Of a DNA stretch of 39,965 nucleotides, positions 8,217 through 19,072 are shown in pieces. Numbering within the stretch: position 1 is the first letter of the stretch; every line of letters starts with the position of its first letter. The notes under the pieces are model-generated. The model saw only the letters and a list, made by a program, of their open reading frames with translations. It was not told the origin of the DNA and did no database searches. Source of the stretch: an uncultured bacterium (GTDB taxonomy: Bacteria; Chlamydiota; Chlamydiia; Chlamydiales; SM23-39); contig CAZXLK010000004.1 in NCBI GenBank assembly GCA_964641775.1, forward strand, positions 1 through 39,965, given 5' to 3'. The position numbers and the translations under genes were made by a program.

Positions 8217-10640
8217 ATGGCAGGAGTTGTTGAGCTTGAGCGGCTGGCGATGGATTTGCGCTGGTCTTGGAACCACAGCGCGGATGCGCTTTGGAATGAG
8301 CTCGATTCGGGTTTGTGGGCAAGCACCCATAATCCTTGGGTCCTTCTGCAAACCATTTCCAAATCGAGATTGGAAGAAGCGCTGCAAAGCGAAAAAGTTC
8401 AAAATCTTCTGAATATTCTGATTGAAAAAGAAAAAGAAAGAGAGGAAGAGAAAACCTGGTTTGAAGAATCTCATCCTGATGCATTGAACTGCATTGCCTA
8501 TTTTAGCATGGAATTTATGCTGAGTGAGGCCCTTCCGATCTATTCGGGAGGACTTGGCAATGTGGCTGGGGATCAGCTCAAAGCGGCAAGCGATTTGGGA
8601 GTTCCCGTAGTTGGCATTGGCCTTTTGTATTCGCAAGGCTACTTTCGACAAATCATTGATCTCGAAGGCCATCAAGAAGCTCTTTACCCCTATAATGAAC
8701 CCGGGCAGCTTCCGATCAAGCCGCTTAGAAGAGAAAATGGGGAATGGCTCCGGATCGATGTGAATTTGCCCGGATGCTGCGTCTGGCTTCGCGCTTGGGA
8801 AGCAAAAGTGGGGAAAACAAAGCTTTTTCTTCTCGATACCAATGATGCAGCGAATTATCCCGCCCATAGAGGGATCACCAATGAGCTTTATGGCGGAGAC
8901 AAAGAAATGAGGATCAAACAGGAAATTGTTTTAGGAATCGGTGGATGGAAACTCATTCAAGCATTGGATTTAAAGCCCCAAGTTTGTCATCTCAATGAAG
9001 GTCACGCTGCATTTGCGATTTTGGAAAGAGCAAGATCTCTCATGAAAGAGAGCAATCTAAATTTTCAAGAGGCAATGACAGCCACCCGCCCGGGAAATCT
9101 TTTTACAACGCACACAGCGGCCCCTGCGGGATTTGATATTTTTTCTAGAGATCTCATGGAGCATTATTTCAAACATTATGCAGAAGAGGGGCTAAAAATC
9201 TCATTCGATGATTTTATGGCATTAGATGGGACAGAGCCATTGGAAGATTTCAATATGGCTCATCTTGCTATTCGCGGTAGCGGGTTTGTAAATGGGGTTA
9301 GCAAGCTGCATGGCAAAGTGAGTCGCCAACTGTTTGAGCCCCTTTTTCCCAATTGGCCGGAAGTTGAAATTCCTATTGGCTCGGTGACAAATGGAGTCCA
9401 TGTCCCTAGCTGGGATTCGATGGAAGCGGATGATTTATGGACAAAAACATGTGGAAAAGGGCGCTGGCTCGGCACCATGGAAGAGCTTCAAGATAAAATC
9501 CGTCAAATTCCTGATGACGCGATCTGGAATGTCCGAAATGCCGAAAGAAAAAGACTTGTTGAATTTGCGAGAAATAAACTCCTCTATCAACTGCAAGAAA
9601 GAGGATTTGCAGAAGAAGAGCTCGAAAAAGCAAAAAATCATTTAAGTCCCGATGCGCTCACTTTGGGTTTTGCAAGAAGATTTGCAGGCTACAAAAGGCC
9701 CAATTTGCTCCTTCATGATCCGGATAGGCTCTTAAAAATCTTGACCAATCAGGAAAAGCCGGCTCAATTGATTTTGGCAGGAAAAGCCCATCCTGAAGAC
9801 AAAGAAGGCGAAGAGCTCATTCGCCGGTGGATGGAATTTATTTATAGCAGTGATGAGGCAAGATCCCATGTTGTTTTCTTAAGCGATTACGATATGCTTT
9901 TAACAGAGGAGCTTGTCCAGGGAACAGACGTTTGGATCAATACGCCAAGAAGGCCATGGGAGGCATGCGGCACGAGCGGGATGAAAATCTTGGTCAATGG
10001 CGGGCTCAACGTATCGGAACTCGATGGCTGGTGGGCGGAAGGCTACTGTCCCGAAGTGGGCTGGGCAATTGGCGATGGGAAGGAACATGGCGATGATCCC
10101 GAATGGGACAAAGAGGAGGCCAATTCTCTCTACGATCTAATAGAGAATCAAATCATTCCTGAATTTTATAATAGAAACGAACTTGGAATGCCCACTTCTT
10201 GGCTGGGCAAAATCCGGGAAAGCCTAGCAAGGCTCACTCCCCACTTTTCTGCGAATCGATCCGTGCGCGAATACACAGAAACTTACTACATTCCGGCAGC
10301 AGATGCTTTTCGTAAAAGGACAGAAAACAACGCCCAACTTGCCAAAGAAATTGCCTCCTTCAAGCAAAAGATCGCTCAGAATTGGGAAAAAGTAGCCTTT
10401 GGCCAAATCCTACAAGACACCATCGAAATTTTCCTTGGCGATCTTATCCCGGACGAGGTCAAGGTGGAGCTCTTTGCCAATGAAGAGCCCCCCAAAGTCC
10501 TCACAATGAAAACCAAAACCGCCACCGGCTATCTCTATACCGGCTTCGATCCCTCACCCAAATACACAGCCCGAATCATCCCCCATCACGATGCCCTATC
10601 CATTCCATTGGAACTCTCAAACATCCGCTGGCAAAAATAA
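8217..10640 (+). CDS. glgP: Alpha-glucan (glycogen/starch) phosphorylase
   Basis: AYFSMEF, YSGGLG, HLNEGH, FTTHT, NGVSKLHG, TNGVH, GFARRFAGYKR, AGKAHP and the PLP-lysine motif EACGTSGMK. ATG 8217 preferred over TTG 8211. Confidence 0.96.
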   Translation: MAGVVELERLAMDLRWSWNHSADALWNELDSGLWASTHNPWVLLQTISKSRLEEALQSEKVQNLLNILIEKEKEREEEKTWFEESHPDALNCIAYFSMEFMLSEALPIYSGGLGNVAGDQLKAASDLGVPVVGIGLLYSQGYFRQIIDLEGHQEALYPYNEPGQLPIKPLRRENGEWLRIDVNLPGCCVWLRAWEAKVGKTKLFLLDTNDAANYPAHRGITNELYGGDKEMRIKQEIVLGIGGWKLIQALDLKPQVCHLNEGHAAFAILERARSLMKESNLNFQEAMTATRPGNLFTTHTAAPAGFDIFSRDLMEHYFKHYAEEGLKISFDDFMALDGTEPLEDFNMAHLAIRGSGFVNGVSKLHGKVSRQLFEPLFPNWPEVEIPIGSVTNGVHVPSWDSMEADDLWTKTCGKGRWLGTMEELQDKIRQIPDDAIWNVRNAERKRLVEFARNKLLYQLQERGFAEEELEKAKNHLSPDALTLGFARRFAGYKRPNLLLHDPDRLLKILTNQEKPAQLILAGKAHPEDKEGEELIRRWMEFIYSSDEARSHVVFLSDYDMLLTEELVQGTDVWINTPRRPWEACGTSGMKILVNGGLNVSELDGWWAEGYCPEVGWAIGDGKEHGDDPEWDKEEANSLYDLIENQIIPEFYNRNELGMPTSWLGKIRESLARLTPHFSANRSVREYTETYYIPAADAFRKRTENNAQLAKEIASFKQKIAQNWEKVAFGQILQDTIEIFLGDLIPDEVKVELFANEEPPKVLTMKTKTATGYLYTGFDPSPKYTARIIPHHDALSIPLELSNIRWQK

Positions 10641-10656
10641 AGAAAATTTACCTTGA

Positions 10657-10715
10657 GAGATAGAAACCACAGAGAGGGATATTTTGATTCTTTTTTTCTC
10701 TGTGGTTTCTATCTC
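10657..10715. repeat. Perfect 19-bp inverted repeat (family C), probable bidirectional terminator-like hairpin between convergent genes
   Basis: GAGATAGAAACCACAGAGA (10657-10675) / TCTCTGTGGTTTCTATCTC (10697-10715), with additional outer AAAATTTACC...GGTAAAATTTT pairing. Confidence 0.85.
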
Positions 10716-10727
10716 GGTGGTAAAATT

Positions 10728-11441
10728 TTAAACTGTTGAATCAACGAAGAGGAATTCGGCGAGCTTGGGCGAATCGTCCAATGGACCATCCCTCACTTGT
10801 TCCACGACTTTTCCGTTTTCGAGAAAGTAGACATCTTCTTTGATCTTTTGGGCAAATGCCATGTCTTGACTTGAGATGACGATTCCCTTTCCTTCCTCTT
10901 TTAGCTGCCGAATAAAATCAATGAGAAGATTGGTGTTTAGGGGATCAAGAGCAGAAGTTGGTTCGTCCAGGAGTAAAAACAAAGGATTTAAAAGAAGCGC
11001 TCGGACGATGGCTGTTCTTTGCTGCTGGCCACCGGAGATCGCAAACGGATAGCAGTGGAGAAGCTTTTGCATATCGAACTTGGCAAGAGTATCTTCCACT
11101 TGTGCATAAGCCTCTTCTTTGGAAAGCCCTAAAATCTTTCTCAACGGGTGAGCGCAATTGTCCAATACAGTTAAAAAAGGAAATAGTGCATAAGACTGCG
11201 GCACAAAGCCAATGTGCTGACACCTTTCTTTGTGATCCATACTTCTTAGATCTTTGCCTTCAAATTGGATTTGCCCAAAATACTCTTTTTCCAATTGTGC
11301 AATGCACCGAAGGATGGTTGTTTTTCCAGCCCCGCTCTTTCCTAAAAACAAGCTGACTCTTCCCGGCTTTAGATTTAAAGATATGTCATCCAAAATCAGG
11401 AGATTCTTTTTTTTCAGTTTTAAATTACAGACTTCAATCAT
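10728..11441 (-). CDS. Polar amino-acid ABC transporter ATP-binding protein
   Basis: Walker A GKSGAGKT, signature ISGGQQQR and Walker B LLLDEPTSALDP. Confidence 0.93.
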   Translation of the reverse strand: MIEVCNLKLKKKNLLILDDISLNLKPGRVSLFLGKSGAGKTTILRCIAQLEKEYFGQIQFEGKDLRSMDHKERCQHIGFVPQSYALFPFLTVLDNCAHPLRKILGLSKEEAYAQVEDTLAKFDMQKLLHCYPFAISGGQQQRTAIVRALLLNPLFLLLDEPTSALDPLNTNLLIDFIRQLKEEGKGIVISSQDMAFAQKIKEDVYFLENGKVVEQVRDGPLDDSPKLAEFLFVDSTV

Positions 11442-12100
11442 ACCCTTACCTGTTGGAGCCTTTTCTCAAGATACTTTGAGACGAAATTGAAAATGAGCGA
11501 CATAGATACGTAAAAAAGTGCGACAATCAAGTAAATTTCAAGCGGTTGGCTGAGATCTCGAGAAACGATATTCATCCCCACTCTTGTCAGCTCGAGCATT
11601 CCAATAGAGGATAAAATGGCTGTGCTTTTCAAAATCGATTCCAATTCATTATTCAGGTTTGGAAGTACATTGCGAAGCATCTGAGGCAACATAAAATAAA
11701 ATAAGGATTGGACTTTATTATATCCCAAAGCAAAAGATGATTCCCACTGCGCTTTAGGAATGGAATTGAACCCCGCTCTCACAATTTGAGAGACATATCC
11801 GGAAGAGCATAATCCAAGCGCAATCACAGATGCCGGAAATATATCGAGATTGATGTGGAGAAAATCAGGAAAAACAAAATAGACAATTAGAAGGTGAATG
11901 TAGAAAGGAATCGCTCGTAAAATGAATGTGACAAATTGCAAAACGGGAGATACAAATGGGATCTTTACTTCTTCTGAACAAAAGATCCCAAAAATGAGTC
12001 CCAATGAAAAACTCAAAGCTGCAGAAAAAATGAGAACCTTGACGGTCATCATGGCCCCCATCATCAGAAGTGGAAAACTATTCAAAAATAGTTCGATCAT
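11438..12100 (-). CDS. Polar amino-acid ABC transporter permease
   Basis: RAIP and SQIVRAGFNSIPKAQWESSFALG (EAA loop), LPQ motifs. Likely start ATG 12100 overlapping the upstream stop. Confidence 0.92.
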   Translation of the reverse strand: MIELFLNSFPLLMMGAMMTVKVLIFSAALSFSLGLIFGIFCSEEVKIPFVSPVLQFVTFILRAIPFYIHLLIVYFVFPDFLHINLDIFPASVIALGLCSSGYVSQIVRAGFNSIPKAQWESSFALGYNKVQSLFYFMLPQMLRNVLPNLNNELESILKSTAILSSIGMLELTRVGMNIVSRDLSQPLEIYLIVALFYVSMSLIFNFVSKYLEKRLQQVRV

Positions 12101-12849
12101 TATCCTTCCACATTCCACTTCTTTTCGAGTTCTCTGATCTTGCCTTCTTTTCTTAAATCATCAATGATTTTCTGCACTTCTTTGGCCAGCTCTCTATGCT
12201 TTTTATTGATGCAAATCCCGTTTCCAAAAACCTCGGCCTCTTTTGGAAGTGGAAGCTGAAGCACTTTTAGATCAGGATTTTTGCTTTGTAAGACATTCAA
12301 TAAAGAATGATCTACCAATGTCATCGCCGATTTACCGAATTTCAGCTCCATAATGGCATCAGAAATTTTGTCCAAATGGCGCACTTTGAATCCCGGATAC
12401 TTTTGAATGACGGCATCATGCGAAGATCCGGCTTCCACACAAATGCTTGCCTTGGAGAGTTTTTCCAAATCTTCAATTTTTTCGATCCCATCGGGAATCT
12501 TTTTCCAAAAAAGAAAGGGCATAGTTTGAACCTTTTCTCCCTGGTAATAAATCATCTCCATTTCCTTCTTCCGATCTTCCGTAATGGAAACCGCCCAAAT
12601 GATGGCATCAATTTTTTCTTTTTTTAATGCAATGAGAAGGCTTGGCATGCTTCCCAAATCCTTTAAGACAAGTTTTTTCTTTAGCTTTGCTGCAACAAGG
12701 TGGGCAATATCGATATCGAATCCCTCATATTCCCCTTTTGGATTTAAGGAAACATAGGGGGCATATCCACTCGAAGTTCCTACAACTAGCTCCTCAGTAC
12801 TGCAAAATGCAGTGATTGCCGCCAAAAACTGTAAAAATATAATTCTCAT
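12100..12849 (-). CDS. Polar amino-acid ABC transporter substrate-binding protein (ArtJ/GlnH-like)
   Basis: Signal peptide, LVVGTSSGYAPY, GFDIDIA and SITEDRKKEM motifs. Confidence 0.92.
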   Translation of the reverse strand: MRIIFLQFLAAITAFCSTEELVVGTSSGYAPYVSLNPKGEYEGFDIDIAHLVAAKLKKKLVLKDLGSMPSLLIALKKEKIDAIIWAVSITEDRKKEMEMIYYQGEKVQTMPFLFWKKIPDGIEKIEDLEKLSKASICVEAGSSHDAVIQKYPGFKVRHLDKISDAIMELKFGKSAMTLVDHSLLNVLQSKNPDLKVLQLPLPKEAEVFGNGICINKKHRELAKEVQKIIDDLRKEGKIRELEKKWNVEG

Positions 12850-13706
12850 GCCTTGACTTTGTTTATTTCTTTAGTGGTTGAATAATATATCATACAAATA
12901 AGAATTACGCATCCTGTGATCTGTAGAACATCGGTGTTTCGGCCAAGAACAAGGCAATCGATGAGAAAGGTAAGGGCAGGCTGGATCATCATCACCAAGC
13001 CGGCAAGAGATAAACTAATTTGTTTCATTCCATGGGTAATGAAAAACCACCCGATTGCCTGGCAACAGATCCCATTCCCCGCTAGGCAAAAAAAACTTTG
13101 GACATCGGGAATGTGAAAAGTTGCCCCCGTTTTGGCAATTGCCACCCCTAAAATGATCGATCCGAATAAACAAATGATTGGCAAGGTAGATAAAACGGAG
13201 CCTTCTCGAGACTGAATGACTTTAAGAAGAATGGCATAGATACTAAAAATCAAAGAAGCGGAAAGCCCGAGAAGCCCCCCCAAAAAGTAGTCCCCGGTCA
13301 ACATAGGGTAAACAATCAAGCTAACTCCAATGATACATCCAAAAGAGACTGATGCAAACCAGGTCGGAAGCTTTTCTTTAAAAAAAAGAATGTCAATAAG
13401 AATTAAAAAAATAATTTCTAAGTTCGCGAGTACGGTTGCTAAACCGGGTCCTATGTATAGGATGCTTTGGTTCCAAACGACCATCTCCAAGGACATCACT
13501 GTCGCAGCAACTGCACCTAAAGCCCAAGCCCCAATTCCGGGCATTTTCTCCTTTTTGAAAATCGCTATCGCTAAAAGAAAAATCCCACCGAAAAGGAGCC
13601 GATAAAAACTATTTGCTATTGCCCCAACTTTTGAAAACTCTACGAAAAAAGGGCTAAATGCAATGAATGCCGACCCTATCGCAACTTTTAATCCTGCCCT
13701 AGACAT
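12846..13706 (-). CDS. DMT/EamA-family transporter
   Basis: About ten hydrophobic segments with a duplicated EamA pattern (FYRLLFGG, GLATVLANL, QP). Confidence 0.88.
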   Translation of the reverse strand: MSRAGLKVAIGSAFIAFSPFFVEFSKVGAIANSFYRLLFGGIFLLAIAIFKKEKMPGIGAWALGAVAATVMSLEMVVWNQSILYIGPGLATVLANLEIIFLILIDILFFKEKLPTWFASVSFGCIIGVSLIVYPMLTGDYFLGGLLGLSASLIFSIYAILLKVIQSREGSVLSTLPIICLFGSIILGVAIAKTGATFHIPDVQSFFCLAGNGICCQAIGWFFITHGMKQISLSLAGLVMMIQPALTFLIDCLVLGRNTDVLQITGCVILICMIYYSTTKEINKVKA

Positions 13707-13707
13707 T

Positions 13708-14316
13708 TTAGGTTAAATGATATCCTGCAAGGGCCTTTTTTGTAGATTCGAAACTTGAATGGCAAATGGAGTGAATCCCCATATTTTTTGCAACCTGAAC
13801 AAGCATGGGCCTATCATCAATGTAGAGGACTTTAGATGGAGCCACCTGAGAGACATCCAAAGCAAGCTGATACATGTCTTGATCGGGCTTTCGAAGGTGG
13901 ACATAGCTTGACGATATGAAAAAATCGACAAAAGAATTTAATTGAAATGTTTTGATTCTAAATGCATTGAGCTCTCTTCCTTCATTGCTAACAACTACGA
14001 TCTTTAAGCAGTATTTTTTCTTGAGATCGCAAATGAGCTCAATCATTTTTGGATAGCTCTTAGATCTACTAAACATGAATGATTTAAATTTGCTATAGGT
14101 AAATTTTCTTTTTTTATAAAAAACCACTTGGTCCAAATACTCTTTCAAACTCGTTTTTCCAACTTCATAGGTATAAAATATTTCCATGTGACGATTATTT
14201 AAATCCTTGAAATCGATATGGAATCGCTTTGCAGCTTCCATTCTACCTTTACGATCCCACCCATTTGTAAGTAGCACCCCGCCAATATCTAAAAAAAGCG
14301 CCTCTATTTTTCCCAT
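13708..14316 (-). CDS. HAD-superfamily phosphatase (YihX-like)
   Basis: Motif I DIGGVL, motif II SN, KPD and YIDD motifs. Overlaps the xfp stop. Confidence 0.9.
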   Translation of the reverse strand: MGKIEALFLDIGGVLLTNGWDRKGRMEAAKRFHIDFKDLNNRHMEIFYTYEVGKTSLKEYLDQVVFYKKRKFTYSKFKSFMFSRSKSYPKMIELICDLKKKYCLKIVVVSNEGRELNAFRIKTFQLNSFVDFFISSSYVHLRKPDQDMYQLALDVSQVAPSKVLYIDDRPMLVQVAKNMGIHSICHSSFESTKKALAGYHLT

Positions 14317-16604
14317 TTCCACTCTCGTATTTGAGGCATGTCTTGTCCATGTTTTTGAATATATTCCTTATGCTCTTTCAACTTCTCCTCCATCGCCTTT
14401 TTTACATCTTCCCTACTACCTTTTAGCACTCTTTCAACCACATCCAAAACCAAATGAAACCTGTCGATCTCATTCATGACGCACATATCAAAGGGAGTAG
14501 TCGTTGTCCCCTCTTCTTTATAACCCCGGACATGAAGTTCCTTATTAGCCCTTCGATAGGTTAACCTGTGAATAAGCCAAGGATAGCCATGAAAAGCAAA
14601 AATGATTTGTTTATCTTTTGTGAAAATCTGATCATATTCTCCATCGCTTAGTGCATGAGGATGCTCGCCGGGAGGCTGCAAAGCCATCAGATCAACAACA
14701 TTGACAACTCTTACCTTTAAGTCAGGCAGCAATTTCCGCATCAATTGCACGGCAGCCATCGTTTCAATCGTCGGCACATCTCCTGCGCATGCCATGACAA
14801 CATCCGGCTCTCCCTCCGAGCTTGCCCATTGCCAAATAGAGGCCCCTTTTTTGCAATGTTCGATGGCATCTTCCATACTCAGCCACTGCGGCTCATGGTT
14901 TTTTCCCGCAATGATGACATTCACAAAATTGCGGCTTCTTAAACAATGATCGGCAACTGACAACAATGTATTGGTATCAGGAGGAAGATAAACCCTTACA
15001 ACGGATGCTTTTTTATTGATGACATGATCAATAAAGCCGGGATCTTGATGGCTAAAGCCATTATGGTCTTGGCGCCAAACATGAGATGTTAGCAAATAAG
15101 TCAAAGACGCAATCGGTTTTCGCCAGGGAATCTCATTGCACGTTTTCAGCCATTTTGCATGTTGGTTGAACATCGAATCGACAATATGGATAAACGCTTC
15201 ATAGCAAGAGAAAAATCCATGGCGCCCGGTTAAAAGATACCCTTCGAGCCAACCTTGGCAAAGATTTTCGCTCAAAACCTCCATCACTCTTCCATCCGGA
15301 GCAATGTGATCATCTTTTCGTAAAATCTTTGCAGTCGAGATCCGATCTGTCACTTCAAAGACCGCATCTAACCTGTTCGATGCCGTCTCATCGGGGCCAA
15401 ACATCCGAAAGTTTTTCTTATTTTGCGATATAATATCTCTAAGAAAATCCCCTAAAACTCTTGTCGCTTCCACAAAGATCTGCCCTTTTTTTTTCACATC
15501 AATTGCATATTTTTTAAAGTCGGGCATTTGCAAATCTTGCAATAATAATCCCCCATTGGCATTGGGATTTGCGCTCATCCGTCTATCTCCTTTTGGCGCA
15601 AGGTCGGCGAGTTCCTCTTTTAATCTCCCATTCACAAAGAGCTCTTCCGGCTTATAGCTTTTCAACCATTCAACTAGATGGGGAAGATGTTTGGGAAAAC
15701 CTGAAAGCGGCACTTGATGCGCTCGAAATGTCCCTTCAATTTGTTTTCCATCTACTTTTTTCGGCCCCGTCCAGCCTTTAGGAGTATCCAAAATAATCAT
15801 CGGCCAGATCGGACGCTTTTCAAATCCCTCTTTTCTCGCTTTTTCTTGAATGTGGTGAATCTCTCTAATGACGATATCTAGTGTTTTAGCCATTTCATGA
15901 TGATCGGGTCCTACAAAATAAGGGCGATATCCATATCCTTGCATGAGGATTTTGAGCTCTTTTTTGGAAATGCGGGCCAGTATTGTTGGCTCTGCAATCT
16001 TGTAGCCATTCAAATGCAAAATCGGCAAAACTGCGCCATCTTTGGCCGGATTGAGAAATTTATTCGAATGCCAGCTTGTTGCAAGCGCTCCCGTTTCCGC
16101 CTCTCCATCTCCCACAACACACGCTGCAATCAAATCGGGGTTATCAAAAACAGCTCCATAAGCATGGGCAAGAGAATATCCAAGCTCCCCCCCTTCATTG
16201 ATGGAGCCCGGAGTTTGCGGCGCCGTGTGGCTTGGAATGCCGCCCGGAAAAGAAAATTGCCTAAAAAGTTTTCGCATTCCATCTGCATCTTGGCTGATTT
16301 CGGGGTAAATTTCGCTATAGGTCCCTTCCAAATAAGTATTTGCAACAATGCCGGGCCCTCCATGGCCGGGTCCCGTCACATAAATCATATTGAGATCTTT
16401 TTCTTTGATGATCCGGTTCAAATGGACATAGATGAAATTCAAGCCCGGAGTTGTCCCCCAATGGCCGAGGAGCCGAGCTTTAATGTGCTCCATTTTTAAA
16501 GGTTCTTGTAAAAGGGGGTTGTCCAGAAGATAGATTTGGCCTACGGATAAATAATTAGCCGCCCGCCAGTAGGCATCCATTTTTTCTAAAAGAGATGACT
16601 CCAT
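14304..16604 (-). CDS. xfp: Xylulose-5-P/fructose-6-P phosphoketolase
   Basis: [77 protein letters not shown] and [14 protein letters not shown] motifs. Confidence 0.98.
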   Translation of the reverse strand: MESSLLEKMDAYWRAANYLSVGQIYLLDNPLLQEPLKMEHIKARLLGHWGTTPGLNFIYVHLNRIIKEKDLNMIYVTGPGHGGPGIVANTYLEGTYSEIYPEISQDADGMRKLFRQFSFPGGIPSHTAPQTPGSINEGGELGYSLAHAYGAVFDNPDLIAACVVGDGEAETGALATSWHSNKFLNPAKDGAVLPILHLNGYKIAEPTILARISKKELKILMQGYGYRPYFVGPDHHEMAKTLDIVIREIHHIQEKARKEGFEKRPIWPMIILDTPKGWTGPKKVDGKQIEGTFRAHQVPLSGFPKHLPHLVEWLKSYKPEELFVNGRLKEELADLAPKGDRRMSANPNANGGLLLQDLQMPDFKKYAIDVKKKGQIFVEATRVLGDFLRDIISQNKKNFRMFGPDETASNRLDAVFEVTDRISTAKILRKDDHIAPDGRVMEVLSENLCQGWLEGYLLTGRHGFFSCYEAFIHIVDSMFNQHAKWLKTCNEIPWRKPIASLTYLLTSHVWRQDHNGFSHQDPGFIDHVINKKASVVRVYLPPDTNTLLSVADHCLRSRNFVNVIIAGKNHEPQWLSMEDAIEHCKKGASIWQWASSEGEPDVVMACAGDVPTIETMAAVQLMRKLLPDLKVRVVNVVDLMALQPPGEHPHALSDGEYDQIFTKDKQIIFAFHGYPWLIHRLTYRRANKELHVRGYKEEGTTTTPFDMCVMNEIDRFHLVLDVVERVLKGSREDVKKAMEEKLKEHKEYIQKHGQDMPQIREWKWEK

Positions 16605-16642
16605 ACTTGGTCTATACTGAATAATATGTTAATTGTTCAATT

Positions 16643-17671
16643 ATGAAGATCCTTGTAATCAATAACGGCTCGAGCAGCGTGAAATGCGCCCTTTATGATT
16701 TTCCCTCTGAGTCGCTTCTTTGGGAAGAAAAGGGTGATGATTTAAAATCGATTGAATTTCCCAAATCAGTAGATTGCATTGGACACCGAATTGTTCATGG
16801 CGGGAAAAAATATCATGAATGTACGAAGATTACCCCTGATCTAAAAAAAGAAATCCGCTCCCTTGCCGATCTAGCGCCGCTTCATAACATGGCCGATCTG
16901 GAAGGAATCGAATTTTTCGAAAAACTAAAAGTTCCCCAATTTGCCGTCTTCGATACTGCCTTCCATCGCACCATGCCGGAGGCTGCCAAACTCTATCCCG
17001 GTCCTATCGATTGGTATAAAAAGGGAATTGAGCGTTTTGGCTTTCATGGGACAAGCTTTGCCTATTGCACCAAAAGAGTAGAGGAGCTCATCGGCCCTGT
17101 TGATAAAATGGTCATTTGCCATTTGGGATCGGGAGCTTCTCTATGTGCTGTGAAAAATGGAAAAAGCATCGATACGACCATGGGCTTTACGCCATTAGAA
17201 GGGCTCATGATGGATACCCGCTCGGGCACCATCGATCCCGGCATTATCCTCTATCTTTTAAAAACACAATCAGCCGAAGAGCTTTCCAAAGAGCTTTATG
17301 AAAAATCGGGTCTTTTAGGTCTTTCTCAAATTTCTTCCGACATGCGGGATCTCCTCAACAACAAAGATGCCAAACTAACCCTTGATGTCTATCTACATCG
17401 CCTCATTTCCTGCGCCGGCTCCATGATCGCCTCCCTTGGCGGACTCGATGCCCTTGTCTTTACCGGCGGAATCGGAGAAAACACCCCCCAGATCCGAGCG
17501 GGGCTATGTAAGCAGCTCTCTTTCTTAGACATCGACCTAAAATCCAATAACAATTCCAAAGAAGACTCCCTCCTCTCTTCCCCCAAATCCAAAGTCAAAG
17601 TTCTTCTCATTCATACAAATGAGGCTTTGGAGATTGCTAGACAGTCCTACGACAACATCGCAAGTAACTAA
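16643..17671 (+). CDS. ackA: Acetate kinase (short form)
   Basis: ILVINNGSSSVK, GHRIVHGG, APLHN, FDTAFH, GFHGTS, HLGSGAS, TMGFTPLEGLMM, FTGGIGEN and TNE motifs. Confidence 0.96.
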   Translation: MKILVINNGSSSVKCALYDFPSESLLWEEKGDDLKSIEFPKSVDCIGHRIVHGGKKYHECTKITPDLKKEIRSLADLAPLHNMADLEGIEFFEKLKVPQFAVFDTAFHRTMPEAAKLYPGPIDWYKKGIERFGFHGTSFAYCTKRVEELIGPVDKMVICHLGSGASLCAVKNGKSIDTTMGFTPLEGLMMDTRSGTIDPGIILYLLKTQSAEELSKELYEKSGLLGLSQISSDMRDLLNNKDAKLTLDVYLHRLISCAGSMIASLGGLDALVFTGGIGENTPQIRAGLCKQLSFLDIDLKSNNNSKEDSLLSSPKSKVKVLLIHTNEALEIARQSYDNIASN

Positions 17672-17673
17672 TC

Positions 17674-17785
17674 CGTGAACGTTTGCGCTTCCACCCCAAA
17701 GACGATGCGTCTTCGGGGACCCCTGTGCGTTTCCCGAAAAAACGTGAACGGGTCGGTAACGCAAACGCAAGCGCAAACGTTCACG
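17674..17785 (-). repeat. Palindromic repeat family A, copy 2 (module at 17692-17723)
   Basis: Same TIRs as copy 1, inverted orientation, starting 2 nt after the ackA stop. Confidence 0.92.
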
Positions 17786-17870
17786 ATTATATACAATTCA
17801 TTTTAGTTGCAGGCTATTAAGGCAAAGACTTATCATTTATCCTTTTTATTAAACAGGAGATATTATTCCG

Positions 17871-18461
17871 ATGAAAAAGATAATTCTTAGCTTAGCAGCA
17901 ATTACTGCAAATATCGGCTTTGCCGATAGTGCAATTCCAGAAATAACAACTCCTCCTCTACCTAGAGTGGAATTAGTACCTGTGAAACAAAATCGATATT
18001 TGTATTTTGTTTTTACAGCGGGACAAAATGATCTATCGCAGGCGCAAAATATAGCTCCCGGGCTTGGAATTGGGATCCGCCAATTTGCAGGAAATGGGGC
18101 GATTGATGTTGCCATTACCGGAATTGGAACCCAGCAAAATAAAAATAGTTCCTTTGCATGCTGCTTGCCAAAGGCAACCTACCTTCATTATTTCTCCCCT
18201 GAGGAAGAGCAAAGCATGTACTTTGGCGGCGGGCTTTCCTGGGCAGGGATTTATTCCCACCGAAGAAGCCATAACTTCACCAAAGATGCTGATTTTTGGG
18301 GAATCATGCCCCACCTAGCCCTTGGCTACGAATTTGCCCGAACCGGCTACCTCGGTTTTGCTGAAATCAACTTCAGCCAACCAGCTATCCCGGTAATCCG
18401 CAAGGTGAGCGAAACCACCTTCAAACCCAGAGCAGAAGCTGCTATCGGCTTCGGCTTCTAA
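17871..18461 (+). CDS. Exported protein, probable small outer-membrane beta-barrel
   Basis: Signal peptide MKKIILSLAAITANIGFA, alternating beta-strand segments (GLGIGIRQF, MYFGGGLSW, LALGYEF) and a C-terminal Phe (AAIGFGF). Confidence 0.7.
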   Translation: MKKIILSLAAITANIGFADSAIPEITTPPLPRVELVPVKQNRYLYFVFTAGQNDLSQAQNIAPGLGIGIRQFAGNGAIDVAITGIGTQQNKNSSFACCLPKATYLHYFSPEEEQSMYFGGGLSWAGIYSHRRSHNFTKDADFWGIMPHLALGYEFARTGYLGFAEINFSQPAIPVIRKVSETTFKPRAEAAIGFGF

Positions 18462-18468
18462 AATATGC

Positions 18469-18487
18469 CCAGCCCCTCCGGGGCTGG
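18469..18487 (+). terminator. GC-rich hairpin after 18461
   Basis: CCAGCCCC-TCC-GGGGCTGG. No clear U tract. Confidence 0.45.
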
Positions 18488-18631
18488 AATAATCCTAAAC
18501 CATTCATGCTTAGCCACTTCCGATCAACCTGAAATCAATTTTTGCGACATGGCATTTCCGGGATAACTCCTAATTGATTATTAATCATAATTTTAATTAT
18601 AATTAATACTTTAAACAATAAGGAGATAATT

Positions 18632-19054
18632 ATGTCATTCCCAATAAAAATAAGCGGTTTATTTGATAAATTTAACCAATCAACAAAACTTGAACCTCTA
18701 AGAATAGTGAGTGTTAGTGTTGAAGAGGTCTCTTACTCAAACAGTCATAGAATGATAGATAATTCTAGTGATGTATGTACCAAAATTCTATCTGATTACC
18801 AATCTTTTACAGAAAAGGCAAGAAAAACAGCAGAAGAAAAAGATGGGGATAATAGAAAACAATTCAAAGTCCAATTTAATGACAATATAGACACTAGCTT
18901 CTATGAGCTTTCGAAAAGTGAAAAAGATGAAAAAACTGCACGTTTGAAAGAAATTAATAGAAGACATGAATTGTACAGCTACGAGACATATGATCTAATT
19001 GTAGATCTAAACAATTCCTTAAAAAGAGGCCGATGGTTTGCTGAAACCACCTAA
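18632..19054 (+). CDS. Hypothetical protein, paralog 1 of tandem pair (KVQF motif)
   Basis: TTGATT-18-TATAAT promoter and AGGAG SD. Aligns with 19073-19564 along most of its length. Confidence 0.85.
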   Translation: MSFPIKISGLFDKFNQSTKLEPLRIVSVSVEEVSYSNSHRMIDNSSDVCTKILSDYQSFTEKARKTAEEKDGDNRKQFKVQFNDNIDTSFYELSKSEKDEKTARLKEINRRHELYSYETYDLIVDLNNSLKRGRWFAETT

Positions 19055-19072
19055 AGTAAAAAGGAGATAATT

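Noticed and set aside
8079-16499. Long antisense ORFs 8079-8867 and 15897-16499
   Set aside because: Opposite conserved glgP and xfp, with no motifs. Typical antisense shadows.
18490-18570. Unassigned intergenic stretch, possible gene relic or sRNA
   Set aside because: No convincing ORF, fold or repeat could be supported by eye.
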